A stretch of DNA of 64,000 bases, from assembly GCF_003018255.1 (NCBI RefSeq), contig NZ_CP027440.1. The stretch is one strand, 5' to 3'. Below are positions 48,500 to 57,785 of this stretch, piece by piece. This DNA is from Escherichia coli. Its GTDB lineage: Bacteria; Pseudomonadota; Gammaproteobacteria; Enterobacterales; Enterobacteriaceae. The notes beneath the pieces were generated by a model. That model saw only the letters and a program-made list of their open reading frames with translations, was not told where the DNA came from and did not search any database. The position numbers and the translations under genes are program-made. Numbering within the stretch: position 1 is the stretch's first letter; each line of letters starts with the position of its first letter.

Positions 48500-49219
48500 A
48501 TGACCCTTGATTTACCTCGCCGCTTCCCCTGGCCGACGTTACTTTCGGTCTGCATTCATGGTGCTGTTGTGGCGGGTCTGCTCTATACCTCGGTACATCA
48601 GGTTATTGAACTACCTGCGCCTGCGCAGCCAATTTCTGTCACGATGGTTGCGCCTGCGGATCTCGAACCGCCACAAGCCGTTCAGCCGCCACCGGAGCCG
48701 GTGGTAGAGCCAGAACCGGAACCTGAGCCGATCCCCGAACCGCCAAAAGAAGCACCGGTGGTCATTGAAAAGCCGAAGCCGAAACCTAAGCCAAAACCGA
48801 AGCCGGTGAAAAAGGTACAGGAGCAGCCAAAACGCGATGTCAAACCCGTAGAGTCGCGTCCGGCATCACCGTTTGAAAATACTGCACCCGCGCGCCCTAC
48901 ATCAAGTACGGCAACGGCTGCAACCAGCAAGCCGGTTACCAGTGTGGCTTCAGGACCACGCGCATTAAGCCGCAATCAGCCGCAGTATCCGGCACGAGCA
49001 CAGGCATTGCGCATTGAAGGGCAGGTTAAAGTTAAATTTGATGTCACGCCGGATGGTCGCGTGGATAACGTACAAATCCTCTCAGCCAAGCCTGCGAACA
49101 TGTTTGAGCGTGAGGTGAAAAATGCGATGCGCAGATGGCGTTATGAGCCGGGTAAGCCAGGCAGTGGGATTGTGGTGAACATCCTGTTTAAAATTAACGG
49201 CACCACCGAAATTCAGTAA
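48500..49219 (+). CDS. tonB: TonB energy transducer
   Basis: ORF track 48449..49219; start moved to ATG 48500 ([14 protein letters not shown]..., 239 aa); Pro-Glu and Lys-Pro repeats. Confidence 0.95.
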   Translation: MTLDLPRRFPWPTLLSVCIHGAVVAGLLYTSVHQVIELPAPAQPISVTMVAPADLEPPQAVQPPPEPVVEPEPEPEPIPEPPKEAPVVIEKPKPKPKPKPKPVKKVQEQPKRDVKPVESRPASPFENTAPARPTSSTATAATSKPVTSVASGPRALSRNQPQYPARAQALRIEGQVKVKFDVTPDGRVDNVQILSAKPANMFEREVKNAMRRWRYEPGKPGSGIVVNILFKINGTTEIQ

Positions 49220-49230
49220 GCAGAAAGTCA

Positions 49231-49256
49231 AAAGCCTCCGACCGGAGGCTTTTGAT
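49231..49256. terminator. Bidirectional terminator between tonB and yciA
   Basis: 9-bp stem aaagcctcc/ggaggcttt with loop gacc, T-run on the + strand; sits between convergent tonB and yciA. Confidence 0.7.
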
Positions 49257-49258
49257 TA

Positions 49259-49657
49259 TTACTCAACAGGTAAGGCGCGAGGTTTTCCTTCAGGATCAAC
49301 CGCGACATACTTAAATAATGCTTCTGTCGCTTTATAGCGTTGCCCGATGGGTTCAGACGCGACTTTTTTCACCCACACTTCAATATTAATGCTAACCGAT
49401 GTCGTCCCTTTCTGGACACAGCGTGCATAGCAGCACACCACATCGCCGACCGCAACCGGTCGTAAGAAAGTCATTCCTTCAACCCGCACGGTCACTACGC
49501 GACCGTGGGCAATTTCTTTCGCCAGAATAGCGCCGCCAATATCCATTTGTGACATTAACCAACCACCAAAGATGTCACCATTGGCATTGGTATCGGCGGG
49601 CATGGCTAAAGTACGTAAAACAAGATCGCCCTGAGGGACGTTATGTGTTGTAGACAT
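49259..49657 (-). CDS. yciA: Acyl-CoA thioesterase YciA
   Basis: ORF track 132 aa; hotdog-fold thioesterase; K-12 synteny. Confidence 0.92.
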   Translation of the reverse strand: MSTTHNVPQGDLVLRTLAMPADTNANGDIFGGWLMSQMDIGGAILAKEIAHGRVVTVRVEGMTFLRPVAVGDVVCCYARCVQKGTTSVSINIEVWVKKVASEPIGQRYKATEALFKYVAVDPEGKPRALPVE

Positions 49658-49761
49658 GGTAAAACCGACTTAAAAGGAAAATCACAGGCGCGATGCTACT
49701 ATGATTTTCCTGAGGAGAACAGAGGAGATACAGCGCCAGCCCCGAAGGACTGGCAGTCTGG

Positions 49762-50301
49762 TTAGGATTTATCTTCCTGCGGCATGTGGCGGTAGATATA
49801 GATACCGCTTAACAATGTGAAGATTAAGGTAAGGGCGGTCAGGCCAAAGACTTTAAAGTTGACCCAAATATTTTGCGGCAGCCAGAATGCGATGTAGATG
49901 TTTGCCAGACCGCAAAGGATAAAGAAAACAGCCCAGGCCAGATTCAGCTTCGACCATACCGGTTGCGGCAGCGTGAGTTCTTTACCCAGCATCCGCTGAA
50001 TTAGCGGCTTTTTCATCACCCATTGGCTGACTAACAGGGCACCCGCAAACAGGGCATAAATGACAGTAACCTTCCATTTAATAAACTCATCATTGTGGAA
50101 GAACAGGGTCAAGCCACCGAAGACGACCACCAGAACAAAAGTGATCAGGGCCATCTTCTCAACCTTACGAAAGCGAACCCAGCTATATATAAGCACAATC
50201 GCCGTGGCGACGATCAGCGCCGCAGTAGCCGCATAGATGTCATAAATCTTGTAAAACGCGAAAAAGACAACCAGCGGTAAAAAATCAAGAAACTGCTTCA
50301 T
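49762..50301 (-). CDS. yciB: Inner-membrane protein YciB (IspZ)
   Basis: ORF track 179 aa, hydrophobic; K-12 synteny. Confidence 0.92.
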   Translation of the reverse strand: MKQFLDFLPLVVFFAFYKIYDIYAATAALIVATAIVLIYSWVRFRKVEKMALITFVLVVVFGGLTLFFHNDEFIKWKVTVIYALFAGALLVSQWVMKKPLIQRMLGKELTLPQPVWSKLNLAWAVFFILCGLANIYIAFWLPQNIWVNFKVFGLTALTLIFTLLSGIYIYRHMPQEDKS

Positions 50302-50330
50302 TTTACGATTCCGTAATCAAATGCTTAAGG

Positions 50331-51074
50331 TTATTGGCGAATCAACATATACAGGCGGAACAGATAGATGAGCAGTACGGCTGAAATCAGGTTGCTCAAG
50401 GTGTTCGCCAGTACGGCACCAATTTCCGGGGTTAATGCGGCAAAAGAAGAGGCAAAAAGCAGCAACAGTGTCTTTGCCAGCAACCAGCTCAGTACTGCGG
50501 GTGCCACCAGACGCATATTCGCCCAAGTCAGCCGCATACTGCTACGCATCGAGGCAAAAACGCCCATTTTGTCCTGTACCAACATCACCGGTGCCAGGGC
50601 CAGTAAAATGGCCATGATAATTCCCGGAACGACCACCAGCATGATGCCAATCTGTACTAAAAGGGTAGTCAGAAAAATCAGAATAAATAACTTTGGCAAT
50701 ATCGGCGCACTGGCACCAATAGCTCGCAGCGCACTGACTCTCTGACCCGCAGACACCAGCTGGATAATTAATATTACGCCTCCGGCGAGAATGGCGTTAC
50801 CGATTAATCCTGAAAAAGTGGACGCCGCTGAAGCCTGCAGCAAAATTTGTTGCTGTTCCGGTGACATATTCTGAACCAGGTCGAACAACCCACTACTGCC
50901 GCTAACGGGCACGCCGTCATTGAGCTGCGCAAGCTGTGCATCACTGGGTGAGAAAACATGCCCTAACACCACTGTGATAAACGCACATAGCAACGATACC
51001 AACAGAATGGTCATAAATTGATTACGGAAGAAATTTCCGGTGTCACGGTATACGGACTGCGCCGTGATAGACAT
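50331..51074 (-). CDS. yciC: UPF0259 membrane protein YciC
   Basis: ORF track 247 aa, polytopic; K-12 synteny. Confidence 0.9.
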   Translation of the reverse strand: MSITAQSVYRDTGNFFRNQFMTILLVSLLCAFITVVLGHVFSPSDAQLAQLNDGVPVSGSSGLFDLVQNMSPEQQQILLQASAASTFSGLIGNAILAGGVILIIQLVSAGQRVSALRAIGASAPILPKLFILIFLTTLLVQIGIMLVVVPGIIMAILLALAPVMLVQDKMGVFASMRSSMRLTWANMRLVAPAVLSWLLAKTLLLLFASSFAALTPEIGAVLANTLSNLISAVLLIYLFRLYMLIRQ

Positions 51075-51430
51075 GCACTCTCCTTGAGTTTTATGCAGGT
51101 GTTAATTAGCGGGTAATTGTACCCTGGTTAAGCCTCGGGTGGCAGCATCAGGTCTTGTATGGAAAAGCATATCTTTGTAAAGCGGAGGTAATTGCTGGCC
51201 TTCAGACGTGGGCAAATCGCGGCAAGTGGCGATCGAGTTAATATTTGCGTAGCGAAAATATTTAAAAATTGATTTAAATCACATTAACCAGGATTCTCAA
51301 TGCAACTTCTAAATTAATCCAGATCAATAAATGGTGAATTATCATATGTAATGTGATCTATGTAGGATCATTTGTTACTCCAATGTAGGTATATTCGTCA
51401 CGTTTTTATAACCATAACGACGGAGCGGAT

Positions 51431-52069
51431 ATGAAAAAGTTAACAGTGGCGGCTTTGGCAGTAACAACTCTTCTCTCTGGCAGTGCCTTTGCGCATGAAG
51501 CAGGCGAATTTTTTATGCGTGCAGGTTCTGCAACCGTACGTCCAACAGAAGGTGCTGGTGGTACGTTAGGAAGTCTGGGTGGATTCAGCGTGACCAATAA
51601 TACGCAACTGGGCCTGACGTTTACTTATATGGCGACCGATAACATTGGTGTGGAATTGCTGGCAGCGACGCCGTTCCGCCATAAAATCGGCACCCGGGCG
51701 ACCGGCGATATTGCAACCGTTCATCATCTGCCGCCAACACTGATGGCGCAGTGGTATTTTGGTGATGCCAGCAGCAAATTCCGTCCTTACGTTGGGGCAG
51801 GTATTAACTACACCACCTTCTTTGATAATGGATTTAACGATCATGGCAAAGAGGCGGGGCTTTCCGATCTCAGTCTGAAAGATTCCTGGGGAGCTGCCGG
51901 GCAGGTGGGGGTTGATTATCTGATTAACCGTGACTGGTTGGTTAACATGTCAGTCTGGTACATGGATATCGATACAACGGCTAAGTATAAATCTGGTGTT
52001 ACTACCGTGAAAGACTCGGTACGACTGGATCCGTGGGTGTTTATGTTCTCTGCCGGATATCGCTTTTAA
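51431..52069 (+). CDS. ompW: Outer-membrane protein OmpW
   Basis: ORF track 212 aa with signal peptide (MKKLTVAALAVTTLLSGSAFA) and C-terminal aromatic residue. Confidence 0.95.
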   Translation: MKKLTVAALAVTTLLSGSAFAHEAGEFFMRAGSATVRPTEGAGGTLGSLGGFSVTNNTQLGLTFTYMATDNIGVELLAATPFRHKIGTRATGDIATVHHLPPTLMAQWYFGDASSKFRPYVGAGINYTTFFDNGFNDHGKEAGLSDLSLKDSWGAAGQVGVDYLINRDWLVNMSVWYMDIDTTAKYKSGVTTVKDSVRLDPWVFMFSAGYRF

Positions 52070-52072
52070 TTT

Positions 52073-52107
52073 TCTCTGCAAAATCTCTGCAAAACTCCTC
52101 TGCAAAA
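52073..52107 (+). repeat. Three tandem direct repeats (tctctgcaaaa x2, ctcctctgcaaaa) between ompW and the prophage integrase
   Basis: Read directly from sequence; located where integrase arm-type binding sites of an attL are expected. Confidence 0.5.
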
Positions 52108-52132
52108 CTGGTCATCAAATGACCAGTTTTTT
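52104..52132. terminator. Palindromic bidirectional terminator overlapping the integrase stop codon
   Basis: aaaa-ctggtcat-caa-atgaccag-tttttt; perfect 8-bp inverted repeat flanked by A-run and T-run. Confidence 0.65.
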
Positions 52133-53245
52133 CCACTCTTTACCGCGTACATCGTTGTAAATATCGGTCATTTTTTGATTCGAATGACCCAGCAAAATTT
52201 GGGTATCAATTCCCTGCTCCCTGAACAATCGCTCTGATAAAGATCTCTGCTCATGGAAAGAGGGTGGAGTGCCATTAGCGCGCCAGTTGTAATCCACAGA
52301 ATCCCGGGCTTTTTTAAATGCAACTGTCAACGTTGCTGGCTTAACCATCCCGCCGCGCTTAGCTGTCCCTTTAGCATGATGGTGGTGCAATAACCACGGA
52401 CTAAGAACGCAATCGCGACAGGATGACACTACATCATCCAGGGTGAGATTTAATTTATCGCAACGCAGAGCCAGAGGGATGGCAATCCGGGTTCCTGTTT
52501 TTTGCTGTTCGACATGAAGATAACCATCCCTGATATCCGAAAATTTCATTTTGCAAATATCTGAAAGGCGCTGGCCTGTCATCAGCGCCAGCAGCATACC
52601 ACGTTGTAAAAAGTAACCATCCTTTTCCGCTGCATTATAAATCATCATCCACTCATCAAAGGTCAGTCGTTGCCGTGATATCCGTACCTGTGGTTTTTTT
52701 GCCGATTCTGCAGGGTTAAAGCCTGGCGAGACATCGCCCGTTTGCTGGGCCTCCCGGAAAACATCAATCAGTACTTTCCTGAAAATTTGTCCCATTCTGT
52801 TATGTCCTTTTGCCTTGTAATCTTCCAGCACCGATACCACATCTTTTACGGTTATGGCATCTAATGGTCTGGTACCAAAACGTTCATCAAATACCCTGAG
52901 AGGGGATGCTTTCTGTTTCAGTGTGTTGAGTTTGATCTCTCCGTTTTCATATCTTTCCTGTTGAATTTTTCGGTAACTATTCAGAAAAACAGAAACGGTT
53001 GATGAACCACCGGTATCACGAATAATTTTCTCCTGCAGAGTGAGCATTTGTTCCATTTGTTGCCTGGCAAGACGGCTGTTCGCTTCTGCTGCAATAGCTT
53101 CTGCCTGTTTCTGGTCAATACTGCCGAGCCCGTGATTTTTTCCTGTTATGGGATGCCTGTAACGCCAGTAAACTTTGTTATTTCTTTTGTCAAAATACGG
53201 AGATAATCCCGGAACTTCAGTTTTATATTTTCGTGGGCGCGCCAT
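52115..53245 (-). CDS. int: Phage integrase (tyrosine recombinase, lambda Int family)
   Basis: ORF track 376 aa; C-terminal LLGHSNQKMTDIYNDVRGKEW resembles the lambda Int active-site region (H, R, catalytic Y). Confidence 0.9.
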   Translation of the reverse strand: MARPRKYKTEVPGLSPYFDKRNNKVYWRYRHPITGKNHGLGSIDQKQAEAIAAEANSRLARQQMEQMLTLQEKIIRDTGGSSTVSVFLNSYRKIQQERYENGEIKLNTLKQKASPLRVFDERFGTRPLDAITVKDVVSVLEDYKAKGHNRMGQIFRKVLIDVFREAQQTGDVSPGFNPAESAKKPQVRISRQRLTFDEWMMIYNAAEKDGYFLQRGMLLALMTGQRLSDICKMKFSDIRDGYLHVEQQKTGTRIAIPLALRCDKLNLTLDDVVSSCRDCVLSPWLLHHHHAKGTAKRGGMVKPATLTVAFKKARDSVDYNWRANGTPPSFHEQRSLSERLFREQGIDTQILLGHSNQKMTDIYNDVRGKEWKKLVI

Positions 53246-53471
53246 CTTCCAGTATCCTCTTCAAAGCAGGGTGATCTGTGGCGATCACTTCCGGCTTGTT
53301 TACCATTCCGACAAAGCGAGCTCGAGGATCCACTCGCCAGTGTCTTCCAACTTTTTTGGGGAGAGGAAATATCATTCCGGCTTTAGCGTATTTACTTAAC
53401 GTGCCCGGAGTAGGGACCGGTTCACTGAATTCCTCTTTTGCCCACTCAGTGAGCAGAATAAGTCTTGCCAT
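53223..53471 (-). CDS. xis: Excisionase (lambda Xis-like)
   Basis: ORF track 82 aa; LILLTEW...GMIFPLPKKVGRHWRV resembles lambda Xis; overlaps int start by 23 nt. Confidence 0.7.
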   Translation of the reverse strand: MARLILLTEWAKEEFSEPVPTPGTLSKYAKAGMIFPLPKKVGRHWRVDPRARFVGMVNKPEVIATDHPALKRILEDGAPTKI

Positions 53472-53535
53472 GAACGTTGTTCGCTAATCATGGTCGCCGC
53501 CACTATAGCTTGCGGGCGACGACCGGGGTTGAACA

Positions 53536-56007
53536 TTAAAAATCAGCCTGACTCGGGATCAGTTTTTGCCAGATGGCTGAAACGTATTTTGCCTGGTAAC
53601 GCGCATCGTGCAGCGCGTTATGGCGTTCACCTTCGAATGGAATAGTCGTTCTTGCGTCGAAATCCATCACCAGTCCCAGAGCAACCATCGTTCTTACATC
53701 GCGATCATTGGTGTAACGCCACGGGCAGGGGATCCCCTGCCGTTCATATGAACGGCGTAAAATCACGTTGTCGAAAGTTGCACCGTTACCCCAGACCTGA
53801 ACAAAAAATTCACCGGAGTTTTCGTCGATAAATTCCCGGAATTGCAGCAGTGCATCATCCAACGGGATTTCATCGGTCAGAATGGCGGATTGTGCTTCGC
53901 GTGACTGTTTCAGCCACCACTTAATGGTGCCCCGATCGATGACCCCGCCTGCGGTTTCCAGATCGATAGTTTTGCTGAATTCTGGCCCCATCTCTCCGGT
54001 TGCCGGATCAAAAAACTTACCGGCTATAGAGTTTATTGGCGCATCAGGATTTTTTCCCATTGTTTCAAGGTCAATCATCAGATGGTGCCACAACCTGCTG
54101 GTGGATGTGATTTCATGATGACCGTTCACTTTAATTAAGGGATTTGCTGTCTCGCCAGTTTTATTATCGCTGGCGTGATACTGATCGCTGACAGTGTTCT
54201 CCTTGTGCAGATGTTCAGTGCCTTCCATTTCCTCCGGATCATTTTCCTGAGCTTCAGCCTGATTCTCTTCATCGAATGTTTCCTGGTTGGTTGCGTTCCC
54301 CATCACCGCACCACAGTCAGGACAGTTGCCGCCACCGGTCTGACCGCATGCGGTGCAAACTTTTTCCGGTTCTTGTTGCACTTCTGGTTCAGGCAGTTTC
54401 GTTTCTGGCTCGTTTTGTAACGCATTTGGACTGTTTTGTTCCGCTTTCTGGTCGTTTTGTTCCGATTCGGGCTGGTTCTGGTTCACAGAATCGCGGGTTT
54501 CAATCCCCTTAACCCATTTCGGATCATTCGGGTCGCTAATCCCTTCAACAAATTCACCACGTGATGCAGCAAGCAATTTATCGGTGTCAGGCTGGCTGAT
54601 ATTGGCTGCCTGCATAATTTTGTTTACTTCGTCAGCGGTAACTTTTACCGGCTCTGGTTGTTCTGAATCTTCTGCGGTATCTGTATTTTGCTGTAAGCCC
54701 GTATATGTGCCATTTTTTCGGGCAAAATATTCTTCTTTTGAGATTTCGGTACCACCGGCAGCCAGCGCCTTGTCCAGGCCAGAAAGTTTGTTTGCCCTGC
54801 CGTATTTTTCCCCGTCCTTATCGGTAAAGACGAAATAAAACGGTCCTTCACGCTCTACAGATGGTTCAGCTTCCACCAGGATTTCATTTTTTTGAGAATT
54901 GGATTCCGCCGTCTCCACTGGATCAGTTTGTGCTGCTGACGACAGGATAGCATCAGCAGAGCTCTGGTCTGTTTCTTCATGTTCAAACACGCCCTTTGTC
55001 GTCAGGTATTCGCTGATGTATTTGTTCAGTGCAACGGGATCTTTGTGAATGTCGATCGGGCGCTCACGAACAAGGCCAAAAATAGTCTGACGGTCATAGC
55101 GAAGCGCATCAGGCTGTTTGCGCATTGATGCAGAGATACGCTTCCAGTCTTCGCGATCCTTGTCGATAACCTCATTTTTAGCCCAGCGATGGATGGTACC
55201 GTCAATGTTTCCGGCATCAATATCACCAGGCCAGAGAGCGTAAGCCAGCTCTTCATCCAGGGTTTTCCATGTCTGCTTGTATTCGCGACGAATGGCAGTA
55301 GTGACAGGGTTGATTTTTGCTGCTGAGTTTTCAGTGTGCTGTTGGTTGACTCTGGCGCGGGCCAGCTCAACAACAGAAGTATGTTTCCCGGTTTCTTTTC
55401 GTTCTGCTTCGCGACGTTTTTTCCAGGTGCGCATCTCTGCCTGAATTTCTGGCCATTTGGCACCAGGCTTACATTTATGCTTAACCCACCCGATGGCATG
55501 CAGTTTAATCTCCGGATACATGGCGTTAACTTCTGGCATTTTCATCAACGCTTCAACGATATGTCCGTCGAAGGTTGCCATGTCTTCCTGCAACAATTCC
55601 TGTGCGCTAATCACCATATCAACGGTGATGTTTTCACATGTGTCGAACTTAACCATGACAGCGTTCTGTACTTCAGGGGACAGCTTGTCAAAAGTGACGT
55701 TCATCGGATCTGATTCAGTCTCAACCGGGACAAAGGAAGCAGACGCCTCATCCCAGCGGTTTTCCAGCATATATTCAGCATCCCAGGAGTCGAGGGCTGG
55801 GCGGGGTGTACCGGGTTTATCCTCACAGACAAGAAATTTATAAGCGCAGTCCTGAGCAGCCGGATAATGTTCAAGGAATTGCCAGTGAAATTTTGCGCGG
55901 GCGCGACGTTCATCACCGGCTTCAATGGCTGTGGCCACAGCAACAGCGCCCTCGTTTTTTATTGCCTGTTCGTCAGGAATGGCGGCGCAAATAAATATTT
56001 TACTCAT
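53536..56007 (-). CDS. Large prophage exonuclease-like protein with C-terminal DnaQ-like (DEDDh) 3'-5' exonuclease domain
   Basis: ORF track 823 aa; C-terminus has motifs in order DLETMG, FDNVIL, HNALHDARY; CxxC...CxxC (CTACGQTGGGNCPDCG) mid-protein; acidic Q/E/N/P-rich linker. Sits in the exo/recE position after xis. Confidence 0.75.
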   Translation of the reverse strand: MSKIFICAAIPDEQAIKNEGAVAVATAIEAGDERRARAKFHWQFLEHYPAAQDCAYKFLVCEDKPGTPRPALDSWDAEYMLENRWDEASASFVPVETESDPMNVTFDKLSPEVQNAVMVKFDTCENITVDMVISAQELLQEDMATFDGHIVEALMKMPEVNAMYPEIKLHAIGWVKHKCKPGAKWPEIQAEMRTWKKRREAERKETGKHTSVVELARARVNQQHTENSAAKINPVTTAIRREYKQTWKTLDEELAYALWPGDIDAGNIDGTIHRWAKNEVIDKDREDWKRISASMRKQPDALRYDRQTIFGLVRERPIDIHKDPVALNKYISEYLTTKGVFEHEETDQSSADAILSSAAQTDPVETAESNSQKNEILVEAEPSVEREGPFYFVFTDKDGEKYGRANKLSGLDKALAAGGTEISKEEYFARKNGTYTGLQQNTDTAEDSEQPEPVKVTADEVNKIMQAANISQPDTDKLLAASRGEFVEGISDPNDPKWVKGIETRDSVNQNQPESEQNDQKAEQNSPNALQNEPETKLPEPEVQQEPEKVCTACGQTGGGNCPDCGAVMGNATNQETFDEENQAEAQENDPEEMEGTEHLHKENTVSDQYHASDNKTGETANPLIKVNGHHEITSTSRLWHHLMIDLETMGKNPDAPINSIAGKFFDPATGEMGPEFSKTIDLETAGGVIDRGTIKWWLKQSREAQSAILTDEIPLDDALLQFREFIDENSGEFFVQVWGNGATFDNVILRRSYERQGIPCPWRYTNDRDVRTMVALGLVMDFDARTTIPFEGERHNALHDARYQAKYVSAIWQKLIPSQADF

Positions 56008-56102
56008 TGTGTTTAAACCTCATTACAGATTTCAGGGTGAACGAATCCCTGCCATTGCTGGCATTTTTAATCCGTTGGTATGGCGTTAATATGGCTGGCG
56101 GG

Positions 56103-56291
56103 TTATCCAGCCGGTGTTTCGTTATTCAGGTACAGCGATACTTTGTTTAACGGGAGACATTCACCGGAAATTTTTTGCTCGTCTCTTGCCTGATGGCAGG
56201 ATTCTTTACTGGCATAAATTCCGGTAATCACATTCTGTGGCTCACCCGTTATAAGAAAAACCGTCATTACCAGTGCAAATGCAGAAGTCAC
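56103..56291 (-). CDS. Small prophage early protein with N-terminal hydrophobic segment (62 aa), function unknown
   Basis: ORF track; GTG start preceded by SD ggaggg; start overlaps the upstream gene stop as GTGA; N-terminus MTSAFALVMTVFLITG. Confidence 0.55.
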   Translation of the reverse strand: MTSAFALVMTVFLITGEPQNVITGIYASKESCHQARDEQKISGECLPLNKVSLYLNNETPAG

Positions 56292-56476
56292 TGCTGCCCT
56301 CCGAAAATGCCAAGTTTAAGAAGGGCAATTCTGGAGAGTATGGAATTATCATTGAGAAGATAAGGCTCATATTTTCTCATCCTGATGGCGTCCTCAGTAA
56401 ACTCCCGGTTACTGAGCAGAATACCAATATTAAAACACCCTTCAGACGTATTAACGTTTGGTAGTGACGTTTCCAT
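56288..56476 (-). CDS. Small prophage early protein (62 aa), function unknown
   Basis: ORF track; ATG preceded by SD gagga at 7-nt spacing; coupled to the downstream gene. Confidence 0.55.
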   Translation of the reverse strand: METSLPNVNTSEGCFNIGILLSNREFTEDAIRMRKYEPYLLNDNSILSRIALLKLGIFGGQQ

Positions 56477-56650
56477 TATCGCGTCCTCAACAATGAATTT
56501 TGTGATGTGGTGCCTGGTGCCTCCAGGTGACGTTAACCAGTTAACAATTAACGCCGGATTGTTAGTTGATGTCTGTTACGCCAGTAAAAGACCGCTTGTT
56601 TTAACTGTTCCGCGTGCGCTTAGCCGCATTCACCGCATCACAAAATACAC

Positions 56651-56680
56651 TTTAAAAATGGCGGATATCCATTTCCGCCG
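56651..56680 (-). terminator. Putative rho-independent terminator (minus strand)
   Basis: Stem ggcgga/tccgcc with 8-nt loop, followed on the minus strand by ATTTTTAAA. Confidence 0.45.
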
Positions 56681-57004
56681 AATCACCAGAAAAGTGATAA
56701 CAGAGGTTGTTGTGGCGGTGTTGTCACTCAGGCGTATGGTCAACCTGACAACCCGGTGCATTTTCTGGAGCAATGGAGGAAGCCCCAGCCATACTTACCG
56801 CCGCGCCATTTCGCGGATTGCCACAACCGGAAGCGCACGATCGAATTACATTTAACGACGACATATACAGAGAGACTAACTTCGCCGAGCGCTTTCGTGT
56901 TGTGTGCCTGCTTTTAACCACGTCAGGCGAGGTGGACCTGTTATTCCCCAACAACAAGGAGCTTGTTAATCTGGATATCCCCAACAACAATAAGAGTATT
57001 GAAT

Positions 57005-57448
57005 GTGATCGCTGAATTAACGGCAGCAATGACGGCTATTCGTGAAACCGCTCAGATTACAAAACTAATGAACGAGGCAAAAACTCAAGCTGAAGTAAAT
57101 GCGGCTATTGGTGAACTGAACTCAAAGCTTGCATCTATTCAGCACGAATGCGTGTCTCTCGTTGAGCTGGTGAGCACTTATCAAGAAATAAATGCTTCTC
57201 TCAAAGCTAAAATTGCAGAATTTGAAAACTTTGAGGCTCAGACGGAAGGTTATATCCTTAACCAACTTGAGTCGGGAACTTTTGTGTACTCGAAGGAGGT
57301 AACCGTGAACGGCGGCAGCATAATCATGCATCTTTGTCCAAAATGTTTTGGACAAAAGATAGTATCGATACTTCAACCATTCCCGGTTAGAGAACATGAG
57401 TTTTTCATAAAAGCAGGTGCCTCTACTGTGAAAATCAGTTTCTTATGA
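57005..57448 (+). CDS. Hypothetical prophage protein on the opposite strand to flanking early genes; predicted coiled-coil N-terminal half, Cys-containing C-terminal region
   Basis: ORF track 56963..57448; protein-like composition while overlapping minus ORFs look antisense-like (L/S/R/F-rich). Start uncertain (GTG 57005 with weak SD aagag; alternatives TTG 56963, ATG 57029). Confidence 0.5.
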   Translation: MIAELTAAMTAIRETAQITKLMNEAKTQAEVNAAIGELNSKLASIQHECVSLVELVSTYQEINASLKAKIAEFENFEAQTEGYILNQLESGTFVYSKEVTVNGGSIIMHLCPKCFGQKIVSILQPFPVREHEFFIKAGASTVKISFL

Positions 57449-57632
57449 ATAAAAATCCGGATTATGTATCGCCTCCATCTATTGAGGAGTTGGCCAGAAA
57501 ACTGAACGGCAATCTGTAGATTGTTACTGTTATGGATATCCAGATTGTTAAAGAGCATGCCGGATGCTTGCTTGTGTCCGGCGCGTGTGCACCAGTTCTC
57601 CCCGTGGAGGATTCCTTAACTACCAGACTTCA

Positions 57633-57785
57633 TTAGTCAGAGTTTCTTGCTAACCAGCGACGCGCGCCAGCTTCAGTTTTAAACGTTTTGCTTCTGGTAT
57701 ACGTCATCGCGGTAAACGTGCCGTCCTGGTTGGGGAATACTCCGCATACCAGAGATTCGTTGTTGCCAAGATTGAGCGTATCCAT
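57633..57785 (-). CDS. Small prophage protein (50 aa), function unknown
   Basis: Not in ORF track (<60 aa). Minus ORF MDTLNLGNNESLVCGVFPNQDGTFTAMTYTRSKTFKTEAGARRWLARNSD with SD tgaggt 4 nt upstream of ATG. Confidence 0.5.
   Translation of the reverse strand: MDTLNLGNNESLVCGVFPNQDGTFTAMTYTRSKTFKTEAGARRWLARNSD

Noticed and set aside
56385-57029. Overlapping ORFs in three + frames (56385-56855, 56773-57015) and one minus frame (56724-57029) left of the opposite-strand gene
   Set aside because: None has a convincing start or ribosome-binding site and they mutually overlap; possibly a decayed gene. Kept inside the finding on the opposite-strand insert rather than called as features.
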